The notes: a model not told the origin generated them from the letters alone. A DNA stretch of 62,869 bases from Scyliorhinus canicula (GCF_902713615.1 NW_024055731.1:1-62869), one strand, 5' to 3'. Positions 22,566 to 34,540 are shown, counted from the stretch's first letter. Program-made: numbers and translations.

Positions 22566-23777
22566 TTATTGGTTGACAGGCAGTTTGTAGGAAATGAGCA
22601 AATTTACACAAAGCAGTGATTGCACAGTTTATAACAAACCCCAAGAACAGAGACCCCCCCCCCCCCCCCCCCCCAATGATTATTCTCCTTTCCAGTGTCT
22701 ATTTAATGTTTTCTGACACAACTGTGTTTCCGTCCTACAATAACCAGACCAGCAAACCCATTCCTGACTCCCGTCTGGATCTATGCAGCGATTCTTCTTC
22801 GAAGGCACTGACTGTATCCCAGCTTGGATTGTTCCCATTCACTGACAGACAGTTCGCCACCTACAGGTGTTAAACCACCTTTGGAGACGCAAGAAAGTGA
22901 AGTAAGAAAAACCTGCGAAAGACAGTCGATTCTTAATGGTGCGGAATAGAAGTTGTTACTTCGAATTCCATTTTTACAGATCGACAGCGGTCAGCCAGTG
23001 TCTGGATTGTTTGGGGCTGGTGCAGGCGGGCATTTCGGAAGGTAATTGTGGAACAAACACATTTCATCGCATTTGAAATCATGGTTTCAATCGGAATTGT
23101 AAACACATGATTATTTCCTGTTGAACATATATTTCTGATCTGAGTGACGGAAATTCTGTTTCTCGGCTACTGTCCTCAGATGTTAAGACAGAAGTTGCTA
23201 TTTTTAGTTTAACCTTTGATGCTGCCTTCTTGAACCGCTGCTGTCAGGGAGGGAGTTCCAGGATTTCACCTCTGCTGCGTTACTCATGTCAGCAGACGAG
23301 CAGTGAGGCTAAATAACAAAACAGCAACAGCACCGCTCAGGCAGCTAAACTCTATCTATCTCTGGGTGGAGAAAGTGGCCATGAAGAGTTGATCAGAAGC
23401 AGGACTCACAGACTGAGTATACCATGGACAGAGTCCCACTCCCGTACATTGCACTGTGTCTTCGAGCCACCAGTCTGTTGCCGTTTCGACAGAAACTCGA
23501 GCAGATTCAGCCACATTGACCAGCGATGTCAGCCGCTCAAACCCACACCGGGAGGAAGCCACATTAACTTCGAATCAAGCTGTCAGCCACTTGTTTCCAA
23601 CAACGGCAGTAAAAATACACTGCAGAATCCGATCCCACCGTCAGATCCGTCATCAAACCAGTCTCCAGGTTAACCCATCCTTTCTGTATCTGATCAGCTA
23701 TTAATTCTCTGAAACTCAGGGCTGGGTGTTCAGATCAGCTCCGGCAAATATGTTTCTGACCCTTCAACCAGTCCCAC

Positions 23778-23785
23778 TGACGTCA
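23778..23785. promoter_or_regulatory. CRE (TGACGTCA) about 300 bp upstream of the V leader at 24086
   Basis: Perfect CRE palindrome with a second half-site TACGTCA at about 23801. Confidence 0.5.
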
Positions 23786-24085
23786 CTCAGTTTACAGACC
23801 TACGTCACTAAATATGCAGGGCAACTTCACACGTGTTCTCAGTCTGACCCCCACATAGGCGGTGCTCTGCGCATGCGCATTCTCCTACCCACACTCCACC
23901 AATGCTGAAGCTCCTTCACAGCTTCACTTTGTGATCAGAGACCCAGTCCCAGAGACCTGGTTCGGGCGGGCACGGTGCAGTTGATGTTGGACTCAGTTTG
24001 ATATACAACAGCACTGCCTTCTCAGCATTGTCTCTCGTCCTGAAAACTACGGAGAGCTACTTAACTCAGATCGATAGGATCCAAC

Positions 24086-24640
24086 ATGAAGCTGAGCTTC
24101 ACTTCAGTGATTATCTCCTGAATTTCTTACTCTTCTCTCCGTGTGAGTGTAATCACCGTATCTGGCAGGAATATGTCACAATCAGATATGTCATGTTGTA
24201 GTAACATTTAGCATGCTTTATTGTGTATTTTGTTACGCCATTTTGTATTTGATTTTGCTATAGTATATTCTCGTGGTCTGTGCGATATTACATTTATCAT
24301 GTTATTTTACATCTACATTTTTCTCAGATGCCGCTGGCAGTGGCGAGGTATCACAGTCTCCTCAGTCAGTGGTTGTTACCGAGGGAAACATTGCATCCTT
24401 GGCCTGTTCCACCACATTAGCAGTAAACATCCTACAATGGTACAGGACAATACCCGGACCAAACCGTGCAGCATCTGGCGAGCGGTACCAGCGATCAGGG
24501 GAGGATCACAGCTCGGTTCATTTTTTCAGAGAAACAAAGCGTTCTGAATATTAGTGACGTTCGACTGACAGACACCGCCACCTATCTCTGTGCAGTGGAG
24601 GCACAGTGAACTGAAAACCATTCAGCGCCGTACAAAACCT
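24086..24640 (+). pseudogene. TCR V gene (family E) with two 1-nt indels; pseudogene or sequencing artefact
   Basis: Leader MKLSFTSV/LLNFLLFSP with GTGAGT donor. Exon from 24328: GEVSQSPQSVVVTEGNIASLACSTTLAVNILQWYR/QYPDQTVQHLASGTSDQGRITARFIFSEKQSVLNISDVRLTDTATYLCAVE. RSS CACAGTG(24602)-23-ACAAAACCT. Confidence 0.88.
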
Positions 24641-25304
24641 GCCGTGGTGATTCAGAAAGTGTGTCGCCTGTGCAGTCATCAGAGAGCAGGCATTTTAGTA
24701 ACACTCTTCCGTGGATACGTCCCAATGAGTGAGGCCTGTTCGTGATTTGAATTTCCTGTTCAATATCAGAAAAGAAGGTCCAGAATCCATTTAAATTCAG
24801 TTTATGTTCTGTAGAAGTCACAACCAGAGAGCACGGGTTCGATGGTGCTTTAAGATAATAATCATTGTGCCGTTCGGTGAGTTCATATTCAAAGGCCGTT
24901 GTCTATTTCTTGTGTCAAATCAAATTCCTTACTTAGACACATTTTACGTTTTGTTACAGGAATGTGTGATGCACAATGAGTCTCCCAGGATCCGGCCGAA
25001 TTGAAGGCACTGGAAAGACAGTCAGGAATGTTCAGCTGTAATCGCTCCACGTGCGAGAGCTTTCTCTGCCGATGTAGGCAGGTCAGTATTCTGTATAAAC
25101 TGCGAGATATTTACTGAGGAGGTTTTCGGCGGCGATATTGAGCTACGTCGCAACATTTCTCAGATCGATTGATTTGAACAAGGACCAATAAAATAATGCA
25201 ACTGTTTGATAAACAACCTGCTAATGTTTGTTTGTCCGTGGGCCTGGGATGAAATTTTCCCGGTTGATCAAGGCGCTAAGAAGACGACACAAAGACTCGC
25301 AGAG

Positions 25305-25766
25305 GATTTTTGTGCGAGTTCTTGGTTATTATGTGAAGCTGCGCCTCAATGCATAGTAAGAGTCCTCCACACACAGCGTGTTTATATTATGAGCAACAGC
25401 CAGATATTGCCCTCAGACTCCATCTTTTTACAGTCCTATTACTTCATTAATAATCCAGTTTGGAGACTGTGCCGGTCTCTGTCCATACCAGTGGATGCCC
25501 GTTATTACCCGGGTTGTATATCCTCAATATAACGTCACCAAGGCACCTTCAAACACAGCTACTGTCACCGGAGACTGTCACTGGATCCGCAAATAGTCCG
25601 CCTGTAAATGTAGAGGCTCAAAAGAGCAGAAGGATAAACAGGATGGAGGTAAACCTTCATTAACTGTATGAATTTGTGTAAATTCCCATCAATCTGTTAA
25701 ACTGTATTGATGAGGAAAATCCATTACTTAATGTGCAAGAACCCCCGCCAGTAATATTAAAAACAT
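25305..25766 (-). pseudogene. Degenerate TCR V (family A)
   Basis: Leader MFLILLAGVLAH from 25766 with mutated donor. Exon from 25601 GGLFADPVT..PVTVAVFEG...IHWYGQRPAQSPNWII with stops. RSS CGCAGCT-23-ACAAAAATC. Confidence 0.82.
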
Positions 25767-26189
25767 GTCTGACTGAATCTCTCAGTGAATATGACTGGAA
25801 TGATCCAGAGATTGAGAAGGAGAGAGGGATCCCGGCTCTGTTCAGTTCATTGCTCCACCCACACACAGCAGGGGGCCAGGCCCATTGTGACAGCACTGAG
25901 GAGACTGGTTTTGGTCTCATGTGACTTTCTAATTATCATGGTTGGGCTTTGCGCCTTCTGCTGGTGGATTCTGTTCAATCCGGTTCAGAATGGGGGTTAC
26001 TGAATGGACTTAAGGTTTATTGATTTTTATGTCAAAACGGAATCTAAATCTGGAATCTACTCATTAATTTCTTCTCTGGCGCTATCTGCCTTAAGGAAGA
26101 TCCAATCCATTGCACTGTCACTGGGAGGCAGTTCGCAACCACCCCAGAGCTGGAACAGGAACCACACCGTTCTGGCATTTCAATTCCCT

Positions 26190-27030
26190 GAGCCAGACAA
26201 CATGAAATTCGGCGGTGTGCTAAATAGCGAGGAGGAATGGTTTAGATTGCAGGATGATTTAGACGGACGGGCCAGATAGGCAGAACGGTGGCAAATGGAA
26301 TTTAACCCTGAAAAGGGTTGGATTATGCTTTTGGGAGGATGAACAATGCAAGAAAATGCACAATAAACGCCAGGAAGTCAAGAAGTATAGAAGCAAGGGG
26401 GACCATGGTGTTCAGGCCCATAGATCCCCGCAGACACAGGACAAGTAGATAACGTGGTGAAGAAGATATGAGGGATACTTGCCTTTATTAGCCGAGGCAT
26501 GGAATATAAGAGCAGGGAGGTTATTATGGGGATGTGTAAAACGCTGGTTAGCCCGCACACTATGGGAAAGATGTGATGCACCAGAGAGGGTGCAGAGGAG
26601 ATTAATCAGGAAGGTTTCTGGGAAGGAGTTTCTCAGCTATGAAGAGAGGCTGGATAGGCTGGGATTATTGTCATTAATTGTCAAACGTTGTCAGGTAAGG
26701 CTGATCGAGGTTTACAAAATTATGCGGAAAATAGATAGGAAGAAACCGTTCCCATTAGTGGAGGGGTCAACAACCAGAGGGAATACATTTCAGGTAAGGG
26801 GAGGAGATTTAGAGGGCATTTGAGCGTTGTGAGAACCTGGAACACACTGTCTGTGAGGGTGATCGAGGCGGGAACACTCACAACACTTAAGAAGCGTTTG
26901 GAAGAGCACTTGAAACGCCATTGCATACAAGGCTACGGGTCAAGTGCTGGAAAATTGGTTTAGACGAGACAGGTACTTGATGGTCGGGGCAAACGCGATG
27001 GGCCAAAGGTCCTCTTCTTCGCTGTAAAAC
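26190..27030 (+). mobile_element. CR1-type LINE 3' fragment
   Basis: WQMEFNP, RGMEYKSREV, YEERLDRLGL, RLIEVYKIMR, TRG..F.VRG motifs. Confidence 0.85.
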
Positions 27031-27439
27031 TCAGCGACTAAGGAGCCTGAGGCAGAGAAGCTGCCGATGGCGCCATAAGGCCGCTTCTCCTTCGGTCAAG
27101 GAAGGTAAAGGGGAGATTGAATTAGTTGCTGAAATGTAAAGATCGCACTGAGCTGTTTCCACGAGCAGATCCTTGGATACAGAAGGATTGAGGAGAAATA
27201 AAGCCCAGAAAAATTCTGTTCATATCTACACTGCGATTTGTTAAACTATAAAAGGCGGAGTCTAAATAAGGCGGCAGAAGATTCAACAATAACTTTAAGA
27301 AGGGAATTTCACACAAATGTAAAGGCAATTACGGGATATATAGAAAATGCAGTTTTTGAAAGAAGAATACGAAAACTCTTTCAAAGTGTCTCGGGAATTG
27401 AGATTGTGTGGACTCGAAGATTCTAGATTCTAGTCCGTC

Positions 27440-27770
27440 CATGTCCCTCCCGATCTATTTCTTCTCAGTGCCTTGCACAGTGAGCAGGTGCATGATGGTC
27501 ACGGTGTAGGGAAGATTGAACCGTCGCTATTTCGCTCCATCAGTTCCGAATGCAGCTGAGAGTCACCGCACACTTCACTCAATATTCAGACTGCGGTATC
27601 CCCGCCCACAGCTTCCGTTTGCTGCTCTCGCTCTAGCACCATAGTGTTATTGGAGAGATTGCTGCTGCTGGTTCATTCCTCTCATTGGTCGGATCAGCAG
27701 TGCAGTGTGACGGGGATCTGTATTTCTGTCTCTGACAGAGGATGTCTCTCATTGCAGAATCACAAACTCT
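27440..27770 (+). promoter_or_regulatory. Conserved upstream block of family C V genes (copy 1)
   Basis: Homologous to about 31720-32000 and 35440-35725; shared CAGTGAGCAGGTGCA, GTCGCTATTT, TGCAGCTG, TTCCGTTTG, TGTATTTCTG. Confidence 0.6.
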
Positions 27771-27779
27771 AGAAGGATC

Positions 27780-28318
27780 ATGAGGAACCATCTCGCTTCG
27801 CTCGCTCATCATTATCCCACTTTTCAGTAAGTATTTCCTTCCCAGTAAAACCCCATTCTCTTCCTGACTGCAGTAACCCAGGTGTTGGTAAAATGACAGA
27901 GATTATTTTGCTGATGATTGTATTCCTTAATGTGATGCTGACTCTGATTGTCTTTATCGCTGTTACCTCTGTTAGAATGGAGCCACCAAGATACCGTGGA
28001 ACAAAAGGAACCTGAAATAACGCTTGAAGAGGAAAGGAATGTCACATTAACCTGCACCTTGAAAACAAGCGACCCTAACCTCTATGTGTACTGGTACAGA
28101 CAGCAGCCCAGGAAAGCTCCAATGTACATGCTTCAATTTATTGGACTGACTGTGCAAAGGAACATTGACCTTGATATTCGGTTTTCCTCTACGGTTGATA
28201 AAATAACAAGACTACCGAGCTAACGATCAGTAACACAATGATCTCAGACAGCGCCGTGTATTTCTGTGCTCTGAAGCCCACACTGCTACAGAGACATGGT
28301 GAACCCCGTACAAAAACC
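27780..28318 (+). pseudogene. TCR V gene (family C), frameshifted
   Basis: Leader about 27780-27826 with GTAAGT donor. Exon 27976-28278 EWSHQDTVEQKEPEITLEEERNVTLTCTLKTSDPNLYVYWYRQQPRKAPMYML...RFSSTVDK/NKTTELTISNTMISDSAVYFCALKP (A-run 1 nt short). RSS CACACTG-24-ACAAAAACC. Confidence 0.9.
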
Positions 28319-28779
28319 CCACACTGGCAGTTCCAGCTACAGCTCAGCAGGGGGAGCCCCCCCCCATATTGTTCACTTTCCATAGTGAGTGTATCAACAA
28401 TTGTAACAGAACACAATTCCCAAAAACATAAATAGTGAGACCCACCTGCACAGTTATACCAGTTTATGATTACAACTCGCATTCATAACAGATATTGTAT
28501 TGATGAATCTATCTGCGATACCTTAACTCCTGCTTCGTGTTCGTATCCTGGTGCACAGACTCACTCACTCAGTAAACTATACGACTCCCTCACTCAGTAA
28601 CATATCAGGTCTCACTGAGTGACAATACATGCAGCAACTTAAATCACTTTCGAGGGTTTTCACACAATAACATCTCCCAAGGGGTGTCACAGGAACTATG
28701 AACATATTCGGTCATATGATCACAAGTTTGGTCAAAGAGTTTGGTTATAAGGAGAAATTCAAAGGAACAATGACTGTCC

Positions 28780-29400
28780 TTCCTATGAGGGACATAGATG
28801 GGAAGAAACTTTTCACCTTAGTAGATAACCAATAGGCATAGATTAAAGATAAGGAGTTGGAGATTTCGAGGGGATTTGAGGAAAAACGTTGTCATCCAGC
28901 CGGTGGTGGGAATCTGGAACTAACTGCCTTCACCTCCGACTTATAAACTCCACCATCGCTGGCCGTGCCTTAAGCTGCCTCGACACAAAGCTCTGAAATT
29001 TCCTCGCTAGACGTTTTCACCTTTCCACTTAGAGTCATAGAGCCATATGGCTTTACAGCTCAGAAAGAGGCCCTCCGGCCCAGTGTGCATGCGCTGGCCA
29101 TCAAGCACATTTGTATCCTAATTCAATTAACCAGCAGTTGGCCCATAGCCTTGTATGCTGTGGCGTTTGAAGTGTTTATTGAAATGCTTCTTAAATGTTA
29201 TGAGCCTTCCCGCCTCTACCACTCCTTCACGCAGTGAGTTCCAAATTCCCATCACCCTCTGGGTAAAATTGTTTCCTCAAATCTCCACTAAATCCTGCCC
29301 CTTAACTTAAATCTCTGCACCCTGGTTATTGACCCATCTACTAAGTTCCCTCCTATCTACCCTATCTATGCCCCTCATCATTTTCTTACATAAATATCAA
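28780..29400. mobile_element. Decayed CR1-type LINE 3' fragments in both orientations
   Basis: TGGAATCTGGAAC (+) and CATAGAGCC..TTACAGCTCAGAAAGAGGCC..CCCTCTGGGT (-) typical CR1 tails. Confidence 0.6.
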
Positions 29401-29677
29401 CATTAAGGAAGACGGTGTCTAAAAAGCTGCAATTTAGATTTTTGAGACACATTTGTGGCTCTGTATGTATTTCGGTAAATCCTTAATCAACTCAACATCC
29501 GAATTCTCAGCTTTGACAAAGAGTCACTCAGACTCGAAACGTTAGCTCCCTTCTCCCTCCACAGAAGCTGCCAGACCTGCTGGGATTGTCCAGGTTTTCA
29601 GATTCCAGCAATAATCTGCTTTTATTTACATTATCGATCGGCAAGTCGATTTGTATTCAAGCCTAAACCCGGCATCA

Positions 29678-30050
29678 TCTGCTCCCCATGTTACGGACTG
29701 ATAATGCTAGCCGTGTTGTGAGGTGAATCTCTGCTATTGTACATTTCATGTGTTAAGTATCGCAGGAATTTTTTTTTTTGGGTCATCGCGAATCGCTCTT
29801 GAGGGGGAAGTTAAGAGTCAACCCCATATCATTACTCTCGGTGTCTGCATTTCTAGTCCAGTGACAATACCACATTGCCACCGCCTCCCCCTGATCCATT
29901 CTGCATTTCGTTACATACCGGGTGTTGAGGAGTCGGTGTCCCTGGGCTCAGCTGAGTTAAGGCTTCTGGAAGAACAGTCCGTACTTTTCGGCTATACTAA
30001 CTCCACATGTGAGATCTTCCCTCTGCTGCGTGGTGGATATTCCGGGGTTA
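29678..30050 (+). pseudogene. Degenerate TCR V leader plus 5' exon fragment (family B)
   Basis: ATC TGC TCC CCA TGT..CTG ATA ATG..TTG TGA G/GTGAAT resembles the leader at 39329; exon GVEESVSLGSAELRLLEEQSVLFGYTNST resembles EDSVAQDRSELTVLEGQSINLDCRYST. Confidence 0.68.
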
Positions 30051-30230
30051 AAGGTACTGTAAATATCGCAGCATGATAAGGCACAACATTCTCCAAACGG
30101 CTCCTTTGTTGATCGGCACAAGGGCGAAAGCATTAAAAAAACCTGGTAAATACACCTGACAGAGTTCGAACAGCGGGGATCAAATTCTTTGCGCATAATG
30201 AAACTTAGTAGAGCTGTACAGACTCGCTGA

Positions 30231-30268
30231 AGTTTCTGTACGGTGCTCGAGCTGCTATCTACGCTGTG
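30231..30268 (-). other. RSS (22-bp spacer) of the intact family A V
   Basis: CACAGCG (30268-30262), 22 nt, ACAGAAACT (30239-30231). Confidence 0.88.
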
Positions 30269-30763
30269 CCTCACTGCACAGTAATAGACCGCCCCGTCCC
30301 CCACACTGAGGCCGCTTATACTGAGGGAACCGTTCTGTTTAGACTTGTCAGCAACCGCCAGATGTCGTCCTGAAACTGTTTCTTTCTTCAATGCTAGGTT
30401 GTTAGTGATGATCCATCTCGGTTGTTGTGCCGGTTTCTGCTGATACCATTGCATGAAGTCCATACTTTTGTCTGTATATTCACAATTAAACTGCACCGAA
30501 TCCCCTTCCGATGCGGTTAGTATCACCGGTGACTGAGTTACTGGATCTGTGCATATTCCGCCTGTGAAGGTAGAGGAATTAAATATCAACTGATGAAAAC
30601 TTGCCAGTATCTGAGAGTTTGTGAAACCTCCCAACTGCGCATCATATCGATATTTTCGAGTGCAATTATATTGCCATCGATCTGTATAAATATGCTAATC
30701 TGCCTCGATGGTTACTATCCAGGACTTACCGTGCCACAGCGCCGCCAGTATTATCAGAAACAT
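30269..30763 (-). CDS. TRAV: Intact TCR alpha/delta-type V gene segment (leader 30763-30730, V exon 30561-30269)
   Basis: Spliced ORF MFLIILAALWHG GICTDPVTQSPVILTASEGDSVQFNCEYTDKSMDFMQWYQQKPAQQPRWIITNNLALKKETVSGRHLAVADKSKQNGSLSISGLSVGDGAVYYCAVR; GT-AG intron, conserved Cys/Trp/Cys, RSS. Confidence 0.93.
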
Positions 30764-30794
30764 GTCAGACTGAATCTCTCTCAGAGATTGTGAA

Positions 30795-31000
30795 GGAGAG
30801 AGGGAGCCCGGGCTCTGCTCAGCTCATTGAAGGTGCGGAGGGTTGGAGGGGAGCAGGAGTCTATTGTGACCTCACTGGTCTCCCAGCCATACAGGAGAGA
30901 GGGAGCCCGGGCTCTGCTCAACTCATTGAGGAGGCAGAGGCGTTAGAGTGCAGGGGGGGGGGGGGGCTACTGTGACCTCACTGGTCCCCCAGCCAAACAG
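30795..31000 (-). promoter_or_regulatory. Family A promoter block, tandemly duplicated (99-bp period)
   Basis: GGAGAGAGGGAGCCCGGGCTCTGCTCA(G/A)CTCATTGA at 30795 and 30894; TGACCTCA at 30867 and 30973; single copies near 25815 and 34595. Confidence 0.65.
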
Positions 31001-31264
31001 GCTTCAAAGAAAACATCACGTGGGTTTATGACGCCCGTGCTTGAATTCGGCGCCCTCTGCTGGCAAATTCTGTTAAATCGAATTTTTCTATTGAGTGGGT
31101 TCAGGGTTTGCTGCAAAACATACCAAGATTCGAATGCAACCCAGCAATCTAAATTGGAGCTGTTTAGATACTGTCTTTGTTACTGTTAATGTTTATGCCT
31201 GAAAACTATGCTAAATCTCCGGAAACCATTGCTGGAATCTTCTGTCTCAATCCAGGGTATGTCA

Positions 31265-31340
31265 AATATTCAAAGGACAAGACGACCGAGCTAACGATCA
31301 GGAGCACAATGATTTCCCACAGCGCCGTGTACGTATGTGG
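31265..31340 (+). pseudogene. 3' fragment of a family C V, ending at a SINE
   Basis: KDKTTELTIRSTMISHSAVYVC matches KTTELTISNTMISDSAVYFC at about 28205-28267. Confidence 0.75.
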
Positions 31341-31655
31341 GCGGCACGGTAGCACAGTGATTAGCACAATGGATTCACAGCTTCAGGGTCCCAGGTTCTA
31401 TTCCCGGCTGGGTCACTGTCTGTGCGGAGCCTGCACCTTCTCCCCTGTCTGCGTCGGTTTCTTCCGGGTGCTCTGGTTTCCCCCAGAATTCAAAGATGTG
31501 CAGGTTATGTGCATTAGCCATGCTAAATGCCCTCAAAGGTTGTGTTAGGTTGAGGGGATGAGGTGGGATGTGGGCTTGGGTGGGATGCTGTTTCCAGGGG
31601 CATTGCGAACTCGATGGGCCGGGTGGCCTGCTTCTGCACTGTAGATTCTATGATT
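31339..31655 (+). mobile_element. HE1-type SINE
   Basis: GGCGGCACGGTAGCACAGTG head, core, ATTCTATG tail. Confidence 0.88.
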
Positions 31656-31719
31656 GTACGAAATAGTGGCAGGGAGGTTCAGTTGTATCAGATCCCTTCT
31701 CGTTGGAGGGAAGTGTCTT

Positions 31720-32340
31720 CCCTCTATATTGTTCTCAGTGACTTGAGCAGTGAGCAGGTGCAGGATGATCAACTGTCGCTATTTCCCCTCCCTCACTTGA
31801 GACTGCAGCTGCTAACCGCCGCACATTTTGTATCAACTTTGAGTCTACAGTGTCACCGGTCACAGTTTCCGTTTGTTTCTCTCGCTCCAACACCATTGTG
31901 ATATTCTAGACATTGCTGTCGCTGCTCATTGGTTTGAGCAGCCGTGCATTGGCTCCTGAATCTGTATTTCTGCTCTGACAGGTAATTTCCTGAGAGTAGC
32001 AAATTCAGGAATTGTCGCGGGAATCGCCTCTCCTCATCATCTCATCTCTCCTCATCACTTCTCAGTATTTCCCTCACTGCAAATCCCCCATTCTCCCCTC
32101 ACTGTGTAACCTGATATTACTGTTAAGTAAATAATAATAATGATGATGATGGGGGTGGCCGTTATGCTGGTCAATATGAGGCCGATGCTGAATTTTATTT
32201 TTCCCGTTGGTTTCTGTCAGACTGGAGCTACCAGGACCCAGGGGAACAGCGGGGAGGCTGAAATAAGGGTTGAAGAGGACAGTGACGTCACACAACAGTT
32301 CACAGTTAATACAATAGATCCTGACCGATACAGTCAGCAT
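31720..32340 (+). pseudogene. Family C promoter block, leader remnant and 5' exon fragment
   Basis: Upstream block paralogous to 27440-27770; TGTCAG acceptor, then DWSYQD...EIRVEEDSDVTQQFTVNTIDPD, aligning with EWSHQD...EITLEEERNVTLTCTLKTSDPN. Confidence 0.7.
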
Positions 32341-32469
32341 CCGGGCATCCTGCACCGTTCATGTTTCATCTGATGGGAGGGAATCCGCGCAGCAGAAAGG
32401 GATAGATGATCTTACTATGGCTCACATACAGATAAATAAATCCCTGTACATAAGTATATCTTGTTACCG

Positions 32470-32700
32470 ACCGAGGCACAGCACTGTTGAGCTGTCTGGC
32501 CGCATGAAGAGGTAGGATCTACAATGGTGTAGACAGCTCAATGTAGCAGCAGGATCAGGGTACTGACGACCAGAACAGGCTCTGTTAATTTCAGCAGAGC
32601 CGGTCAATCCTCTGTTTGCCAGCGATACTCGGGTGAAAGGCAAAGTTAGTAATATTGGATCCCCACACCCCACCCCGTGACAGTGCAGCAAAAATCTGTA
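32470..32700 (-). pseudogene. Possible heavily decayed V remnant
   Basis: Minus strand GDP...LTGSAEINRA, CTGTTCTGG-CGTCAGTACCCTGAT (LFW-RQYPD) and a downstream QLNSAV; no RSS found. Confidence 0.35.
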
Positions 32701-32751
32701 AGGGCGCGACAAATACAAGGCTGTGGCGGACCTGGGCGTTCATGATTTAAG

Positions 32752-33420
32752 AACATAAGAACTAGGAGCAGGAGTAGGCAATCTGGCCCCTCGAGCCTGC
32801 TCCGTCATTCAATGAGATCATGGCTGATCTTTTGTGGACTCAGCTCCACTTTCCGGCCCGAACACCATAACCCTTAATCCCTTTATTCTTCAAAAGACTA
32901 TCTATCTTTACCTTAAAAACATGTAATGAAGGAGCCTCAACTGCTTCACTGGGCAAGGAATTCCATAGATTCACAACCCTTTGGGTGAAGAAGTTCCTCC
33001 TAAACGCAGTCCTAAATCTACTTCCCCTTATTTTGAGGCTATGTCCCCTAGTTCTGCTTTCACCCGCCAGTGGAAACAACCTGCCCGCATCTATCCTATC
33101 TATTCCCCTCATAATTTTAAATGTTTCTATAAGATTCCCCCCCCCTCATCCTTCTAAATTCCAACGAGTACAGTCCCAGTCTACTCAACCTCGCCTCATA
33201 ATCCAACCCCTTCAGCTCTGTGATTAACCTAGTGAATCTCCTCTGCACACCCTCCAGTGCCAGTACGTCCTTTCTCAAGTAAGGAGACCAAAACTGAACA
33301 CAATACTCCAGGTGTGGCCTCACTAACACCTTATACAATTGCAACATAACCTCCCTAGTCTTAAACTCCATCCCTCTAGCAATGAAGGACAAAATTCCAT
33401 TTGCCTTCTTAATCACCTGT
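32752..33420 (-). mobile_element. CR1-type LINE 3' end
   Basis: KANGILSFIARGMEFK...RPHLEYCVQFWSPYLRKD...TRGHSLKIRG; (TTCTTATG) tail. Confidence 0.93.
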
Positions 33421-33542
33421 TATTGAACTACTTCTGGTAGTTTTTAGCGCTCACCATGAGCCACCGTGAAGCAAGTCCCGTATCTGAGTGACTCCCTAGC
33501 AGCAGGCAATAGGTGTTTTCTAATGAAGCCTAAAGCAGACAC

Positions 33543-33760
33543 CATGGTCCTACATGATAATAATTATGTTGCTCTGTGATGTTCTGTTGAAATTTTTATT
33601 CTGAATTTCCTGTGTTAAATACAACAGCAGAGTTTGACTCATTCTCTGTTTTATTCCAGGGCCAGGCTCAGTGCAATTGGGCTCATCTGAGTTAACGGTT
33701 CTGGAAGAGCAAGCTACAATTTCTGGCTACATTATTTCCACAGCTGAGAGCTGTTATTAA
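33543..33760 (+). pseudogene. Degenerate family B leader plus 5' exon fragment
   Basis: ACCATGGTCC..ATAATAATTATG leader remnant; TATTCCAG acceptor, then GSVQLGSSELTVLEEQATISGYIIST. Confidence 0.6.
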
Positions 33761-33988
33761 CCCTGCTGGTAGCGCGGTATTTCAAGTTTTAACTTAGCAT
33801 GTTCATCGCGGCGTGGAAATGTATGTCATGATTTCCCAAATTGCTCCTCCGCTGACCTGTAGAGGAGCAGAGAGACCAATATAACGATTTGACAAATACA
33901 CCTGGCTGTCTTCGTGAATCCAGAATCAAACAATTTCCGGAGACAGGAGCAGGAAAGCAGTTTTAGTGGAGCTTTAAATACTCGCTGA

Positions 33989-34540
33989 GGTTTTTGTACG
34001 GGGCTCTAGCTGCTCTCTAACGCTGTGCCTCACTGCACAGTAATAGACCGCCCCGTCATCCACACTGAGGGCGCTGATATTGAGGTAACCGTTCTGTTTA
34101 GACTTGTCAGCAGCCGCCAGATATCGTCTGAAACCACGTCTTCCTTCAGAACAATACATTGGTAATAATCCAGATTGGTGGCTGTGCCGCTTTCTGCTGA
34201 TACCATTGCATGTATTCCATACCGGAGTCAGTATATTCGCAATCTAGCCGCACCGAATCCCCTTCTGTCACGGTTTTTGTCATCGGTGACTGAGTTACTG
34301 GATTTGTGCTTAGCCCGCCTGCAAAGGGAGAGAAATGAAACATCAATAGTTTAAACATAATTGATCGAAATGTGTTTGTATGTGTGTCAGTTTGTGGAAA
34401 CTCAACTCTACTCATCATCTGGATATTTCTGATCGTTAATTATATTAAATGTTATTGCAATCTATAACCTGCTAGTCTGGCTCCATGAACATTATCCATT
34501 ACTTACCCTCCAACAACGCCGCCAGTATTAACAGAAACAT
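33989..34540 (-). pseudogene. TCR V gene (family A) with 2 nt missing around CDR2; pseudogene or artefact
   Basis: Leader MFLLILAALLEG 34540-34507; exon 34318-34028 GLSTNPVTQSPMTKTVTEGDSVRLDCEYTDSGMEYMQWYQQKAAQPPIWIITN/RYLAAADKSKQNGYLNISALSVDDGAVYYCAVR; RSS CACAGCG-23-ACAAAAACC. Confidence 0.92.

Noticed and set aside
23451-23457. Isolated CACAGTG on the minus strand with a DSAVYFYC-like peptide about 150 bp upstream
   Set aside because: No nonamer at 12 or 23 bp and the distance to the putative Cys is wrong for a V end.
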